Below are positions 12,960 to 24,426 of a DNA stretch of 64,000 nt, piece after piece (positions within the stretch are counted from its first letter, which is position 1; each line of letters begins with the position of its first letter). The notes below the pieces were generated by a model. That model was not told the origin of the DNA and ran no database searches. It saw nothing but the letters and a program-made list of their open reading frames with translations. Source of the DNA: Squalus acanthias (lineage: Eukaryota); assembly GCA_030390025.1 (NCBI GenBank), contig CM059431.1:148120001-148184000 (forward strand). The letters are read 5' to 3'. The position numbers were made by a program, and so were the translations under genes.

Positions 12960-13071
12960 TAGGAACACCAACAGCAGCGAGGAGCGGATAGAAAATCTGT
13001 TGTATATCATTAACTATTGCCATCATCCGCTCCAGTTCAAGATAACTTTCGAAAGCGCTGCCGGAACCCAT
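12960..13071 (-). CDS. Exon 1 of GPR139-like GPCR copy 1 (MGSGSAFESYLELERMMAIVNDIQQIFYPLLAAVGVP)
   Basis: ATG at 13071. TM1 start YPLLAAVGVP. Phase-1 donor CCTA|GTAAGA at 12959 matches the phase-1 acceptor of exon 2. Homologous to exon 1 of copy 2. Confidence 0.8.
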
Positions 13072-13139
13072 GCCTTCCCTCTGTAAGAGGCTGGTGGTCT
13101 TTGTGCGGGAGGCAGCGCGCCGATTGTGTGAGGTCACAC

Positions 13140-13250
13140 AGCGAAGGGATCTCCTTATTTACAGCAGAGAAAAATCCCCGAGTGACATAATTAGGCCGAA
13201 CTGTATCTGGCATTAATTACAGTCACTGAACCAACAGACTCATTGAACCA
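13140..13250 (-). promoter_or_regulatory. Putative proximal promoter of GPCR copy 1 (TATA-like TAAATAAG, two TAATTA sites)
   Basis: Conserved with 43170-43335 (TGGCATTAATTACAGTCACTGAAC shared), while sequence further upstream is not shared. Confidence 0.55.
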
Positions 13251-13384
13251 TTGTCACCACAACACCTCACTGCAACACAATCTGAAGTAGCTGAGTTTTC
13301 ATCTTCTCTGGACAGAATTTTATACATTGCCAGAAATAGATTTCATTCCATTCGGGCTCAGTTTGAGGATCCAGTGAATAGCTG

Positions 13385-14105
13385 AGCCACACGGAGCAGG
13401 AAAGGCCCAGGCTCCATCCCCGGCCTGTGCCGAATGATTCAGATCTCACCTGGTGTGGTGCTGATCCCAACAAACACAAAGCATTGAAGGCCCAGGTTAC
13501 AACCTCGACCTATGCTGTGTTAGCCTGATCTCACACACGGTGTGATACTGAGCCCACACACACACACACACAAAGCATGGAAGGTCCAGGCTACAACGTC
13601 GGCCTGTGCTAAGTGAATCTAATCTGACACCCGGTGTGATACTGATCCCCAGACACATAGAGCAAGAAAGGCCCAGGCTCCATCCTCGGGCTGTGCTGAA
13701 TGAGCTGATCTCACACCCGGTGTGGTACTGAGCTCCTCACACACAGAGCAGGAAAGGCCCAGGCTCCATCCCCGGCCTGTGTTCAGTGACTCTAATCCCA
13801 CATCCGGTGTGGTCCTGAGCTCCACATACACAGACAGAGCAGGAAAGGAAAGGCTCCATCCCCGGACTGTGGTAACTGATACTAATCCCACACCCGGTGT
13901 GGTCCTGAGCCCCCCACACACAGACAGAGCAGGAAAGGAAAGGCTCCATCCCCGGTCAATGCTGAGTGAGCTGATCTCACACCCGGTGTGGTAACGAGCC
14001 CCACCCACAGAGCAGGAATTGCCCAGGCTCCATTCCCGGCCTGAGCTGTGTCAGCCTTATGTCATCCAGTGTGGTACTGCGCCCCTCACACACACACAGA
14101 GCAGG
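13385..14105. repeat. Minisatellite, ~80-bp unit (CACAGAGCAGGAAAGGCCCAGGCTCCATCCCCGGCCTGTGCTGAGTGAGCTGATCTCACACCCGGTGTGGTACTGAGC)
   Basis: About 8-9 diverged tandem units. The unit resembles a tRNA-SINE head region. Confidence 0.85.
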
Positions 14106-14869
14106 AAGTTGCAAAGCGAGAGTTGGGCAGCAAAATCGTCTGGCATTTTTATTCTGCTGTTAGAATCTAGGGGTGCCTAAAATATTTATGGTTATGCGAA
14201 TGAAGCTGTGACAGGATAATACTGTGTTTCAATGCTGTATGTTTTTACTGCAGACATGTAAGGGTTTAATGTATAGGTTGTGTCTTACTGGAACTGTGCA
14301 AGTTTTGATTTCCTCACAATCTTGTATTAGAGTTTGAGACAGTGTTTTTAGTTACTCAGATTAGATGATGCATAACATCCCACATAGGACACACAGCATG
14401 AACTTGCCTCCCAGGATTAGCTGTCTGTTGTTTGTAAGTTAGGATTTTGACACCGCAGCCCAATCCCCACTCCACCCCTCCCACTGCACCTCCATTCCAC
14501 TGCTCCCCACCCATACCCCACACTCGGCACACCCTACACCCCACACAATGCAGCCCTACCCCCACCCACTACACCCCTACCCCCAACCCACCGCACCCCA
14601 CCCCACCCTTGACAAGCCCTGATCTTCCGGTGGTGTTCATTTATTTCTTCCTATCTTGCTCCGCATTTTCATCTTTCAGCTTCAGCGGGAGCCTCTTTCA
14701 CGGGAAGTGGTCTTTCTTCATATCTCGTACCTGGGAACGGAAGCAAATCACCCGGTGAGGAGTCAGGTACGCTACAGAGAGATCTCAGTTACACTGTACC
14801 ATAGCAGGGAGTCGAAGGAACCGTTTCCGAGCCCCTAACATAAAGAGAATCCCCTCCCCTTAACACAGG

Positions 14870-15150
14870 CCTCTTTACCTAAGGAGAGACAAACTTGCCT
14901 TTGAGGGAGTGCAGCGAAGGTTCACTAGATTGGTTCCTGGGATGGGGGGATTGTCCTTTGAGGAGAGATTGAGTAGACACGACCTATATTCCCTCGAATT
15001 TTGAAGAATGAGAGGAGATCTCACTGAAAATTTTCAAATTCTTACAGGGCTTGACAGAGTAGATGCTCGGAAGATCTTAGACTCAAAGATTGATAGAGCA
15101 CAGAAGGAGGCCATTCGGCCCATCGAACCTGTGCCGGCTCTTTGAAAGAG
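14870..15150 (+). mobile_element. CR1 LINE 3' fragments
   Basis: GAGGGAGTGCAGCGAAGGTTCACTAGA and GAAGAATGAGAGGAGATCTC match the other CR1 3' ends in the window. Confidence 0.7.
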
Positions 15151-15934
15151 CTCTCAGTTTGCATGTGGTCCTCGATTAATTCAGCTTCCGAAAGTTGTTC
15201 ATGTTTAGTTCATTGAATATGGGAAAAAGTGGTTGACATCATTGGCGAGAAAGAGAGAGAGAGAGAGATACAGACTTCACTTAGCAACAGGCAGTGTTGA
15301 AGATTGCAGTCGGGTCTTGCGATGTTTATAGTATTGCCAGACTGTAAACATCCCACCACACACCATTGCAGTTTTTGCGAGAAGATGTTGAAGTAGAAGC
15401 CGATTGAAGGATGGTACATTGAATGTAAACGTCGAATTCTGATGTAGGAGAAATGTAAACTTGTGTGCATCGGTTGAAGGACGGTGCTTTTGACCGGAGA
15501 TTACCCGATCAGGCAATGCTGCTTCCAGTTTAATAAAGATAATAATGTATCAATAGAAGTTGTTTTCCATGTTCAAGCAGCACGAGAAGGGATGCATGCC
15601 TCCATTAGCGTGCTCTATCTGTGACTATACTCCAGTTTAAATTGCTTTTTATGTGAAGTTAAAGAATAAAATGATATAACCAGAAGACTGAATTCGGTAA
15701 TGCTCAAGTGGACAACAGAAGGTTGTTTAAAACAACACAGGGGAGACAGCACGAGAGACAGAGCGGGAGCGGGAGAAGGACGGGGGGAGAGACTGTTGGA
15801 GACAGACCGGGAGAGATAGAGAGAGAGCGAGACAGATGCTGGGTGTGGTGAAAGAGAGAGAGAGTGACAGACCGGCGGCGGGAAGCGGGGTGCAGGAGGA
15901 GCGGCGGTGAGTCAGACGCTGGATGACATATAGA

Positions 15935-16258
15935 CACCCTCAATGCCTCCTTGAAAAAGTGCAACATTCCCACTGACACCTGGGAATCCCTGGCCCAAAA
16001 CCCCACAAAGTGGCTGAGAAGCATCCGGGATGGAGCCGAACACCTTGAGTCTCTTCACCGGGAGCAAGCAGAAGCCAAGCGCAGGCAATGCAAGGAGTGC
16101 ACGTCAACCAAAGCGCCCCACCCCGCATGCCCTTCAATCACCGTCTGCCCCACCTGTGACAGAGACTGTAGGTCACGCATTGGACACATCAGTCACCTGA
16201 GAACTAATTTTTAACTTGGAAGCAAGTCATCCTCGGTTTTGAGGGACTGCCTAAGAAG
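15935..16258 (+). mobile_element. RTE-clade LINE 3' end
   Basis: LKKCNIPTDTWESLAQ...CPTCDRDCRSRIGHISHLRT, a C2H2-like terminus. Same family as 46570-48012. Confidence 0.85.
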
Positions 16259-16259
16259 A

Positions 16260-18190
16260 AAAGAAGACATATAGAAAGACCGACAGGAGTTGGACAGAGA
16301 GAGATTGACAGACGGAGGGAACAGACGGTGGGGGAGACAGGAGGAGAAAACAAGCGAGTCAGATGGAGAGACAACCGGTGAAGGGAGACAGTGTGAGAGA
16401 GAGAGAGAGAGAGAGAGACAGACGAGGAAACAGACGGGCAGACTGATGCGGAGACAAAGCGAGAGAGACGGATGGTGTTGAGACAGAAGGAATGAGACAC
16501 AGAGAGCGAGATGGACGGTGGTGGGGGACACAGACGGGGCTGAGAAACCGGGGATACAGATGTAGGGAGACACATAGTGAGACAGACGGAGTGGAAAGAG
16601 AGAGATTGAGACAGACGGAAGGGAGAGTGAGAGGAGAGACATTAGGGGAGAAGGAAAGAGATCAGACGGGTTTGATACAGCAAAGATAGACAGGCGGGAA
16701 GAGAGACGGGGGAGACAGACGGGGAGAGAGATGGGGAGACAGACCAACGGGGGAGACTGATGGGGGAGACCGACGCTGGAGAGGTAGAGAGAGTGGGAGA
16801 CAGAACCCGGGGCAGGATAAGGATGGGGAGAGAGATTGATGGACTAAAGGGAGTACACAGAATGGGGGAGACAGAGAGAGACAGCTGGGGGAGAGACAGA
16901 CTGGGATAACAGAGGAAAAGTGGCATAATGTGGAGACAGAGAGAGAGAGAGAGACATACTGTGGAGATAGAGAGAGAGAGAGAGAGAGAGAGGGGGAAAG
17001 TGACAGACTGTGGAGACAGAGAGAGAGAGAGAGAGAGACTGTGGAGACAGAGAGAGAGAGAGAGAGAGTCTGTGGAGACAGGAAAAGTGACAGAATGTGG
17101 AGACATAAAGAGAGAGAGAGAGAATGTGGAGACAGAGAGAGAGAGAGAGACTGTGGAGACAGAGAGAGAGAGAGAGACAGACTGGGGGAGACAGAGAGAG
17201 ACAGCTGGGGAGAGACAGATTGTGAAGACAGAGAGAAAGAGACAGAAAGTGGAGACAGAGAGAGAGAGCGAGAGAGAATGTGGAGACAGAGAGAGTGCGG
17301 CAGACGAGGAAACAAGGAGAGAGAGATAGACGAGGTATACAGATGTGCAGAGACAGAGAGAGAGAGAGCAGGGGTAACTGATGGGGTGGAGACAGACGAG
17401 GAGGACTGGTGAGGGAGTCAGAGAGTAAGAGAGAGACTGGGGGAGAGAGATGGGGAGGAGACAAATTGTGGGTGACACAGAGAGAGACAGATGGGGGAGA
17501 CAGACAGGAGGAGGCAGAAGGGAAGACAGACGGAAGGGAGACAAAGCGTGAGGGAGATGAGGGACAGACGGGAGAAAGAAAGAGATCAGATGGGGTTGAG
17601 ACCGATAGAGATAGACAGACGTGGAAACAGACGGTGGGGGGAGAGAAGGAAAGACAGACCAGCAGGGTAGACTGATGGGGGGAGACAGACGGGGTGAAAC
17701 AGAGAGAGAGAGAAAGATGGGGCAGACAGATGGCGGAGAGACAGATAGAGAACAGACGGGGTGATGACACAAAGGGAGCGGCAGACGTGGTGAGAAAGAC
17801 GCGGGAGAGAAAGAAAGAGCGAGAGACAGACCCGGGGTGGTTGAGAGACGTGGGAGAGACATTGATGAAGATAGATAGGGGTACACAAACGGGGCAGACA
17901 GAGAGCGAGACAGACGGGGAGAAGGGGAGACAGACGGAGAAGACGGAGATAGAGAAAGAGACAAACACGAGAGACAGGTAAAAAGACAGACTGGGTGATT
18001 CAGACGGGGAGACAGATGGGTAGACACAGAGATGAATAGACAGATGGAGCGACAAAGAGAGAGACAGACTGACACGGAGACAGACAGCTCGGCGTCGGAT
18101 GGGGAGAGAGACGGGGATAAAGGTGAGGGAGACAGGCGGGGTAGACAGCGAGAGAGAGAGACAAAAGCAGCAGACACAGAAAGAGACGGA
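16260..18190. repeat. Purine-rich (GA/GACA) low-complexity satellite including TGTGGAGAC(AG)n units
   Basis: Strong polypurine strand bias; repeated TGTGGAGACAGAGAGAG at 16928-17295. Confidence 0.9.
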
Positions 18191-18191
18191 C

Positions 18192-19140
18192 TTGGGAGTC
18201 ACAGTCTCAGAATAAGGCATCGGCCATTTAAGACTGAGATGAGGAGAAATTTCTTCATACAGAAGGTGGTGAATCTTTGGAATTTTCTACCCCAGTGGGC
18301 TGTGGAGGCTCAGTCGTTGAGTATATTCAAGACAGAGATCGATATATTTTTGAATATTAATGCTATCAAGGGTAATGGGGATAATGCAGGAAAGTGGAGA
18401 TGAGGTAGAAGATCAGCCATGATCTTATTTAAGGGCGGAGCAGGCTCGAAGGGCGAGATGACCAACTCCTGCTCCTATTTCTTATGTTCTTATGAACAAG
18501 GTAGACAGGTGTGAAAAATAATTTTAAAAGCGAATGAAATATACTCCTTCACCTCAAGGGGACTGGAATACAAAGGGTTGGCAGTTTCCTTACAGTTCTT
18601 TGCTCTCTGGTTACTCCCCATCTGGAGCATTGCGTTCAATTCTGGACACTTCACCTCAGCAAGAATATATTGGTCTCGGAGCGGGTGCAGCGTAGATTTG
18701 GCAGAATGATACCGGGGCTTAGAGGGTTAAATGATGAGAACAGATTGTACGGACTAGGCTTGTATTACCTCGAATATAGAAGTGGAATAAAGGGTGATCT
18801 AATGGAGGATTTGAAGATAATTAAAGGAGTTGATATGTTAGATAGAGAAACTATCTCCTCTGGTGAGTGAGTCCAGAACAAGGGGACATAGAGTTAAATA
18901 TAGAGCTAGGCAATTCAGGGGTAATGCTGGGCAGCATTTCTTCACACAAAGGGTAGTGGAAATTTGCAACCGTCTCCCCCTAAAATGCTGTTGAAGCTGG
19001 GGCTCAAGTGAAAGTTTCAAAACTTAGATTGATAGATTTATTTTCGGCAGGTTATTAAGGGATATAGAGTTAAGATACAGATCAGCCATGATGTAATTGA
19101 ATTGGGAACTGGCTGGACGGGCTGAATGGCATTCTCCTGT
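18192..19140 (+). mobile_element. Two CR1 3' fragments
   Basis: HSLRIRHRPFKTEMRRNFF...; TTCTTATGTTCTTATG tail at ~18480; a second, more decayed copy follows. Confidence 0.8.
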
Positions 19141-19769
19141 TTCTGTAAATGTAGACAACTACTTAACATCAGAGGAGGAAGGCAAACAATCCCATCACTG
19201 CGCATCACCCACACATCCTCTTCTCTGGGTCGTAGCCATATGGAAACCTCTTGTTGTATTCTAGCACATCAAGGATATGCAACCTCAGTGAAGCCCAGGG
19301 GCTTTGCCAAACACTGTTTCATCAAAGTGAGGCCCCTTTAAGGGAACGGGTCAAACCGTGAGTTCATAGAGCAAGCCTCACCCTCACACTGAGCATCACA
19401 GTGAGATCAGACATCACAATCAGGTTGTAAACTGGGCAGTTTGAGGCAGGAGGCTGCACAACCAGTTTAATTGAAGGGAAGGGAACGGCACTGACTGTGA
19501 CTAACTGGCTGATCTATTTTGGGTGATTGTGGTCAGTTGAATATCGAAACCGGTTTACTTTTTGAAGGGAGTGTTAGCAATGGAAATATCGCTCGCCAGC
19601 TGACACTCAGAAGGTTGTTGCTGTAGCAGGTTTGTTTAGAGCTGAAGTTCCAGCGACATAATTCCCTGTGGAGGATCACAGTGAGTAACATTAAATCCGC
19701 TGTAGTGACCGTGCAGATATAATGGCATAAGACCTGGAAACTTAACTGACGAAGGTCAGAGCATGTGTT

Positions 19770-22700
19770 GGCAGGGTGTGGGAGAGTGGGAGGAGCTGAG
19801 TGTGGGGAAAAAGTGGGTGGGGCTGGCGGGGGAGAGTAGGGGGGCGGGGAGAGTGGGAGGGGCTTGATGGGGATATACTGGGAGGGGCTGGCTGGGGTTT
19901 GAGTGGAAGTTGCTGGGTGGTGTTACGTGGGAGGGTCTGGGTGGGGGAGAGTGGGATAGTTGGGTCGGGAGATTGGGAGGGTTTGGGTAGGGTTAGACTG
20001 CGGGGGGCAGGGTGGGATGAGAGTGGGATAGGCTAGTGGGGGAGAGTGTGATGGGCTGGGAGGGTTAGATTGGGAGGGGCTGTGTGGGGAAGAGTGGGAG
20101 GGTTTGTGTGGGGTGGGAGTGGGAGGGCCTGGTTGGGGAAGATTGGGTGGGACTGTGTGGGGAAGAGTGGGAGCGGCTGGGTGGGGAAGCATGGGAGAGG
20201 ATGGCTGGGGTTGCGTGGAAGGGGTTTTTGGGGCAGAATTGGGAGGGGCTCAGTGGAGTTAGATTGGGATGTTTTGTGTGGGGATGGAGTGGGTGGGGCT
20301 GGGTGGGGGGGAATGGGAGGGGCTGGGTGGGGAAGAGTGGGAGGGGCTGTTTGGGGAAGAGTGGGAGGGGCTGTTTGTGGGGAGAGTGGGAGGGACTGGG
20401 TGGGGAAGAGTGGGAGGGGCTGGGTGTGGTGAGAGTGGGTAGGGCTGGGCGGGGTTGAAGTGCGAGGGGCTGGGTGGCGGAGATTGTGAGGGGTTGCCTA
20501 GTGTTAGAATGGGAGGGCCTATGAGAGGGCAAGAGGGAGGGGCTAGTTGGGGGAGAGTGGTAGGGGCTGGCTGGGGGAACAATGGGAGGGATTGTGTGTG
20601 AGGAGAGTGGGAGGGGCTTGTTGGGGAAAGATTTGGAGGGGCTGGTTGAAAGGAGAGTGGGAGGATTTTTGTGGGGGAGAGTGGGTGGGGCTGGGTATGT
20701 TTAGAATGGGAGGGCCTGGGTGGTGTTAGAGTGGTATAGAATAAGTGGGGGAGAGTGGGAGGTGCTGGGTGGGGGAGAGTGGGATGGGATGGGTGGAGTA
20801 GAATGTGAGGGGCTGTGTGGGGTTGTGTGAGAGGGGCTGGGTGGGGTAGAGTGTGAGGGGCTGGGTGCAGGGAGAGTACGAAGGGCTGGGTGGGGTAGAG
20901 TGTGAGGGGCTGCGTGTGGGGAGAGTACGAGGGGCTGCGTGTGGGGAGGGTACGAGTGGCTGTGTGGGTTTGAGTGGGAGGGGCTGGGTCTGGTTATAGT
21001 AGCAGGGGCTGGGTGGGATTAGAGTGGGAGGGGCAGCGTGTGGTTAGAGAGGGAGGTGCTGGGTGGTCTGAGAGTGGGAGGGCCTGGTTGGCGTTAGAGT
21101 GGGAGGGGCTGCGTGTGTATGGAGTGTTGGGTTCTGTGTGGGTTTGGTGTGAGAGTGGCTTTTTGGTGTTGTAGTGGGTGGGGGTTGGGTGAGGTTGGAG
21201 TTTGAGTGGCTGCGTGGGAAAATTGGGGGCGCTGGGTTGGGTAGAGTGGTAGGGACTGGGTGAGGTAGGAGTGCATGGGGCTGTGTGGGGTTGGAGTGGG
21301 TGAGTATGTGTGGGGTTAGAGTAGAAAGGGCTGGGTGATTTTGGAGTGGGAGAGATAGGTTGAGAAAGAGTGGGAGGGGCTGGGTGGGGTTAGATTGGCA
21401 GGGTCTGTGTGGGGTTGGAGCGGGAGGGGCTGGGTGGGGTTAGGGTGACAGGGGCTGGGTGTTGGAGAGTGGGTAGGACAGGATGTGTGAGGCTGGGAGG
21501 GGTTGGTTGGTGTTGCATTTGGCCGGGCTGGGTATAGTAAAAGTGGCAGGGGCTGGGTGGGGCAGAGTGGGTGCGGCTGGGTGGTGTTAGAGTGGCAGTT
21601 GCTGTGTGGTGGATAGTGGGTGGGTCAGGATGGGGGTTGGAGTGGGAGTGGCTGGTTTGGATTAGACTGGTAGAAGCTGGGTGTGGTAGAGTGGGAGTGA
21701 CTGGGTGGGGGAGAGTGGGAGGTGCTGGGTGGGGTTAGATTGGGAGGGGCTGATGTGTTTTAAAGTGGAAGGGGCTTTGTGGGGGAGAGTGGGAGCGGTT
21801 GGGTGAGGGAGAATTATAGGGGCTCAGTGGGGGAGAGTGGAAGGCGCTGGTTGGGGGAAGAGTAGGAGGAGCTGGGTGTGAGGAGAGTAGGAGGAGCTGG
21901 GTGGTGTTGGAGAAGGAGGGACAGAGTGGAGGAGACTGAAAGGGGCTGAGGGAGAGTGGAAGGGGTTAAATGGGGTTGGAGTGGGAGGGGCTGGGTTGTG
22001 TTAGATTGAATGGGTTTGGTACGGAGGAGTGGGAGGGGAGGTGCGAGTAGAGTGGGTTGGGTGGTGTTGGAATGGGTAGGGCTGGGCGGGGTTGAAGTGC
22101 GAGGGGCTGGGTGGCGGAGATTGTGAGGGGTTGCCTAGTGTTAGAATGGGAGGGCCTATGAGAGGGCAAGAGGGAGGGGCTAGTTGGGGGAGAGTGGTAG
22201 GGGCTGGCTGGGGGAACAATGGGAGGGGTTGTGTTTGAGGAGAGTGGGAGGGGCTTGTTGGGGAAAGATTTGGAGGGGCTGGGTGAAAGGAGAGTGGGAG
22301 GATTTTTGTGGGGGAGAGTGGGAGTGGCTGGGAGGGGCTGTGTGGGATTGGCTGGGTGGGTTTAGAGTGGCAGGGGCTGTATGGGGGAGAGTGGGAGTGA
22401 TTGGATGGGGCAGAGTGGAAGGGCAAGGGTGTGGGAGAGTGGGAGTTGCCAGTGGGGGAGAGTGGGAGGGTCTAGCTGGGCGAAGAGTGGGTGGGCTGGT
22501 TGGACTTATAGTGGAAGGTGCTGGGCGGGGGAGTGTGGGAGAGGCTGGGTGAGGGAGAGTGGCAGGGGTTGCATGGTGTTAAAGTGGGAGTGGCTGTGAG
22601 GGGGATGCGAGGGAGGGGAAGGGCAGGGTTAGAGTGGGAGTGGCTGGGTGGGGAAGAGTGGGAGGGGCTAGCTTGGGGAAGAGCGGGTGTGGGTGGGTGG

Positions 22701-22955
22701 GGTTGGTGTGGGATGGGCTGTTTGGGTTTTTAGTTGGTGGTGCTGGGCGGTGAAGTGTGGAAAATGCTGGGTGAAGGAGAGTGGCAGGGGATGGCTAGGA
22801 GCTGGTGAGTGTGGAGGGCAGGGTGGGGGAGAGTGGGCGGGGCAGGTTGGGAGGAGAGTGCGAGGATTTAGATAGGGAGAGTGGGAGGGGCAGGGTGAGG
22901 GAGAGTGGGAGGGGCAGGGTGAGGGACTGGGATGGGGCTAGAATGGGAGGGGCTG
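19770..22955 (+). repeat. G-rich degenerate satellite (GGGGAGAGTGGGAGGGGCTGGGT-like units)
   Basis: About 3.2 kb of G-tracts on the + strand. Internal duplication ~20440-20700 matches ~22075-22330. Confidence 0.9.
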
Positions 22956-24300
22956 CAGTGGCGACTCATCTGAGTCACAAACAGTATAAATACAGGAGCC
23001 TGTGAGTGCAGCCAAGACTGAGTGCAGCAGCACAGAGTGAGCAACTGCGAATTTGGTATGTGTGGGAGTTTTAAGGGGTAGTCTCTTTTAAAATCTAATG
23101 TTAATTGCTACTAGGTGTAAAGTAAGATAAACTGTCGAAGTTAAACTTTATTTTTTAAGTTTCTTCAGGCTTAAGCAGAGATAAAAAAGCAGGATCTCCT
23201 GCTGGAGAGCTGCTGTAGGTAGTTAATTAATGGGACTAAAAGTTGCTAAATCCCACGGACCGGATAACCTACATCCTAGGATTTTGAAAGAGGAGGCCAT
23301 TGGAATAACGGATGCATTGGTTTTCATCTTCCAGAATTCTATAGATTCTGGAACTGTTCCTGCAGATTGGAGGATAGCAAATGTAACCCTGCTATTTAAG
23401 AAAGGAGGGAGAGAGAAAATGGGGATCTACAGACCTGTTAGCCTCACATCAGTAGTTGCCAAAATGCTGGAATCTATTAGAAAGGATGCAATAACTGGGC
23501 CTAATAGTAAGATTGGGCAGAGTCAACACGGATTTATGAAAGGGAAATCCTGTTTGACAAACCTAAAGGAGTTCTTTCAGGATGTAACCAGTGAAGTAGA
23601 CAAAGGGGAACAGGTAGATGTGGTGTATCTGGATTTTCAGAAGGCCTTCGATAAGGTCCCACAGAAAAGGTTGGTGAACAAAATTAGGGCACATAGAATT
23701 GGGGGTAATATACTTTCATGGATTGAGAATTGGATAACAGACAGAAAACAAAGAGTAGGGTTAAATCGATCTTTTTCAGGATGGCAGGCTGTGACTAGTG
23801 GGGTACCGCAAGGATCGGTGCTTGGGTCCCAGCTATTCACAATCTATATCAATGATTTGGATGAGGGGACTAAATGCTCCTGTTTCTTATGTTCTTATGT
23901 TAATTAGCTAACTGGATTAAACTGTTTCCTGAAACAGTAGCAGAGCAGTGGTGACTCATCTGAGTCACAGACAGTTTAAATGTAGCGGCCTGTGAGTGCA
24001 GCCAGCACTGAGTGCAGCAGCACAGCGTCATCAACTGCGAATTTGGTGAGTGTGGGAGTTTTAAGTGTTCGTCTCTTTTAAAATCTATCGTTGATAGCTA
24101 ATAGCTCTTAAGTAACATCAACTGTCTGAGTTAAAATTTAAACTTTATTTTTTTTAAGTTTCTTCAGGCTTAAGCAGAGACAAACAAGCAAGATCTCCTG
24201 CTGGCGAGCTGCTGTAGTTAGTTATTTAGCTAACCGGATTAAACTGGTTCCTGAAGCAATAGCAAAGCAGTGGTGACTCATCTGAGTCACAAACGGTATA
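22955..24300 (+). repeat. ~322-bp tandem monomers carrying an AP-1 palindrome, TATA box and splice donor; first monomer interrupted by a CR1 fragment
   Basis: G(T/C)GACTCATCTGAGTCAC at 22961, 23951 and 24273; TATAAATA at 22985; GGTGAGT at ~24045. Confidence 0.7.
23228..23900 (+). mobile_element. Internally deleted CR1 RT fragment joined to its 3' tail
   Basis: ORF 23230-23907 ([34 protein letters not shown]) runs directly into TTCTTATGTTCTTATG. Confidence 0.9.
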
Positions 24301-24388
24301 TGATGCGGAGATGCCGGTGTTGGACTGGGGTGGACAAAAGTGAGAAGTCGCACAACACCAGGTTATATTCCAACAGTTTTATTTGAAA

Positions 24389-24426
24389 TCACAAGCTTTC
24401 GGAGCTGCTGCTCCTTCGTCAGGTGA
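24389..24426 (-). ncRNA. Minimal type I hammerhead ribozyme (Penelope-associated)
   Basis: UCAC-CUGACGA-A-GGAGC-AGCA-GCUCC-GAAA-GC-UU-GUGA: complete core, stem I UCAC/GUGA, stem II GGAGC/GCUCC, palindromic minimal stem III. Confidence 0.75.

Noticed and set aside
15320..15352. TGTAAACATCC (miR-30-like 5' end) in a small hairpin
   Set aside because: Only a ~12-bp stem; the downstream sequence does not match miR-30 and no pre-miRNA-sized fold is evident.
16204..18220. Long Ser/Leu-rich and Glu/Arg-rich ORFs (up to 511 aa)
   Set aside because: Translations of GA-rich low-complexity DNA.
19800..23005. Gly/Trp-rich and Pro-rich ORFs (also at 49400-53440)
   Set aside because: By-products of the G-rich satellite.
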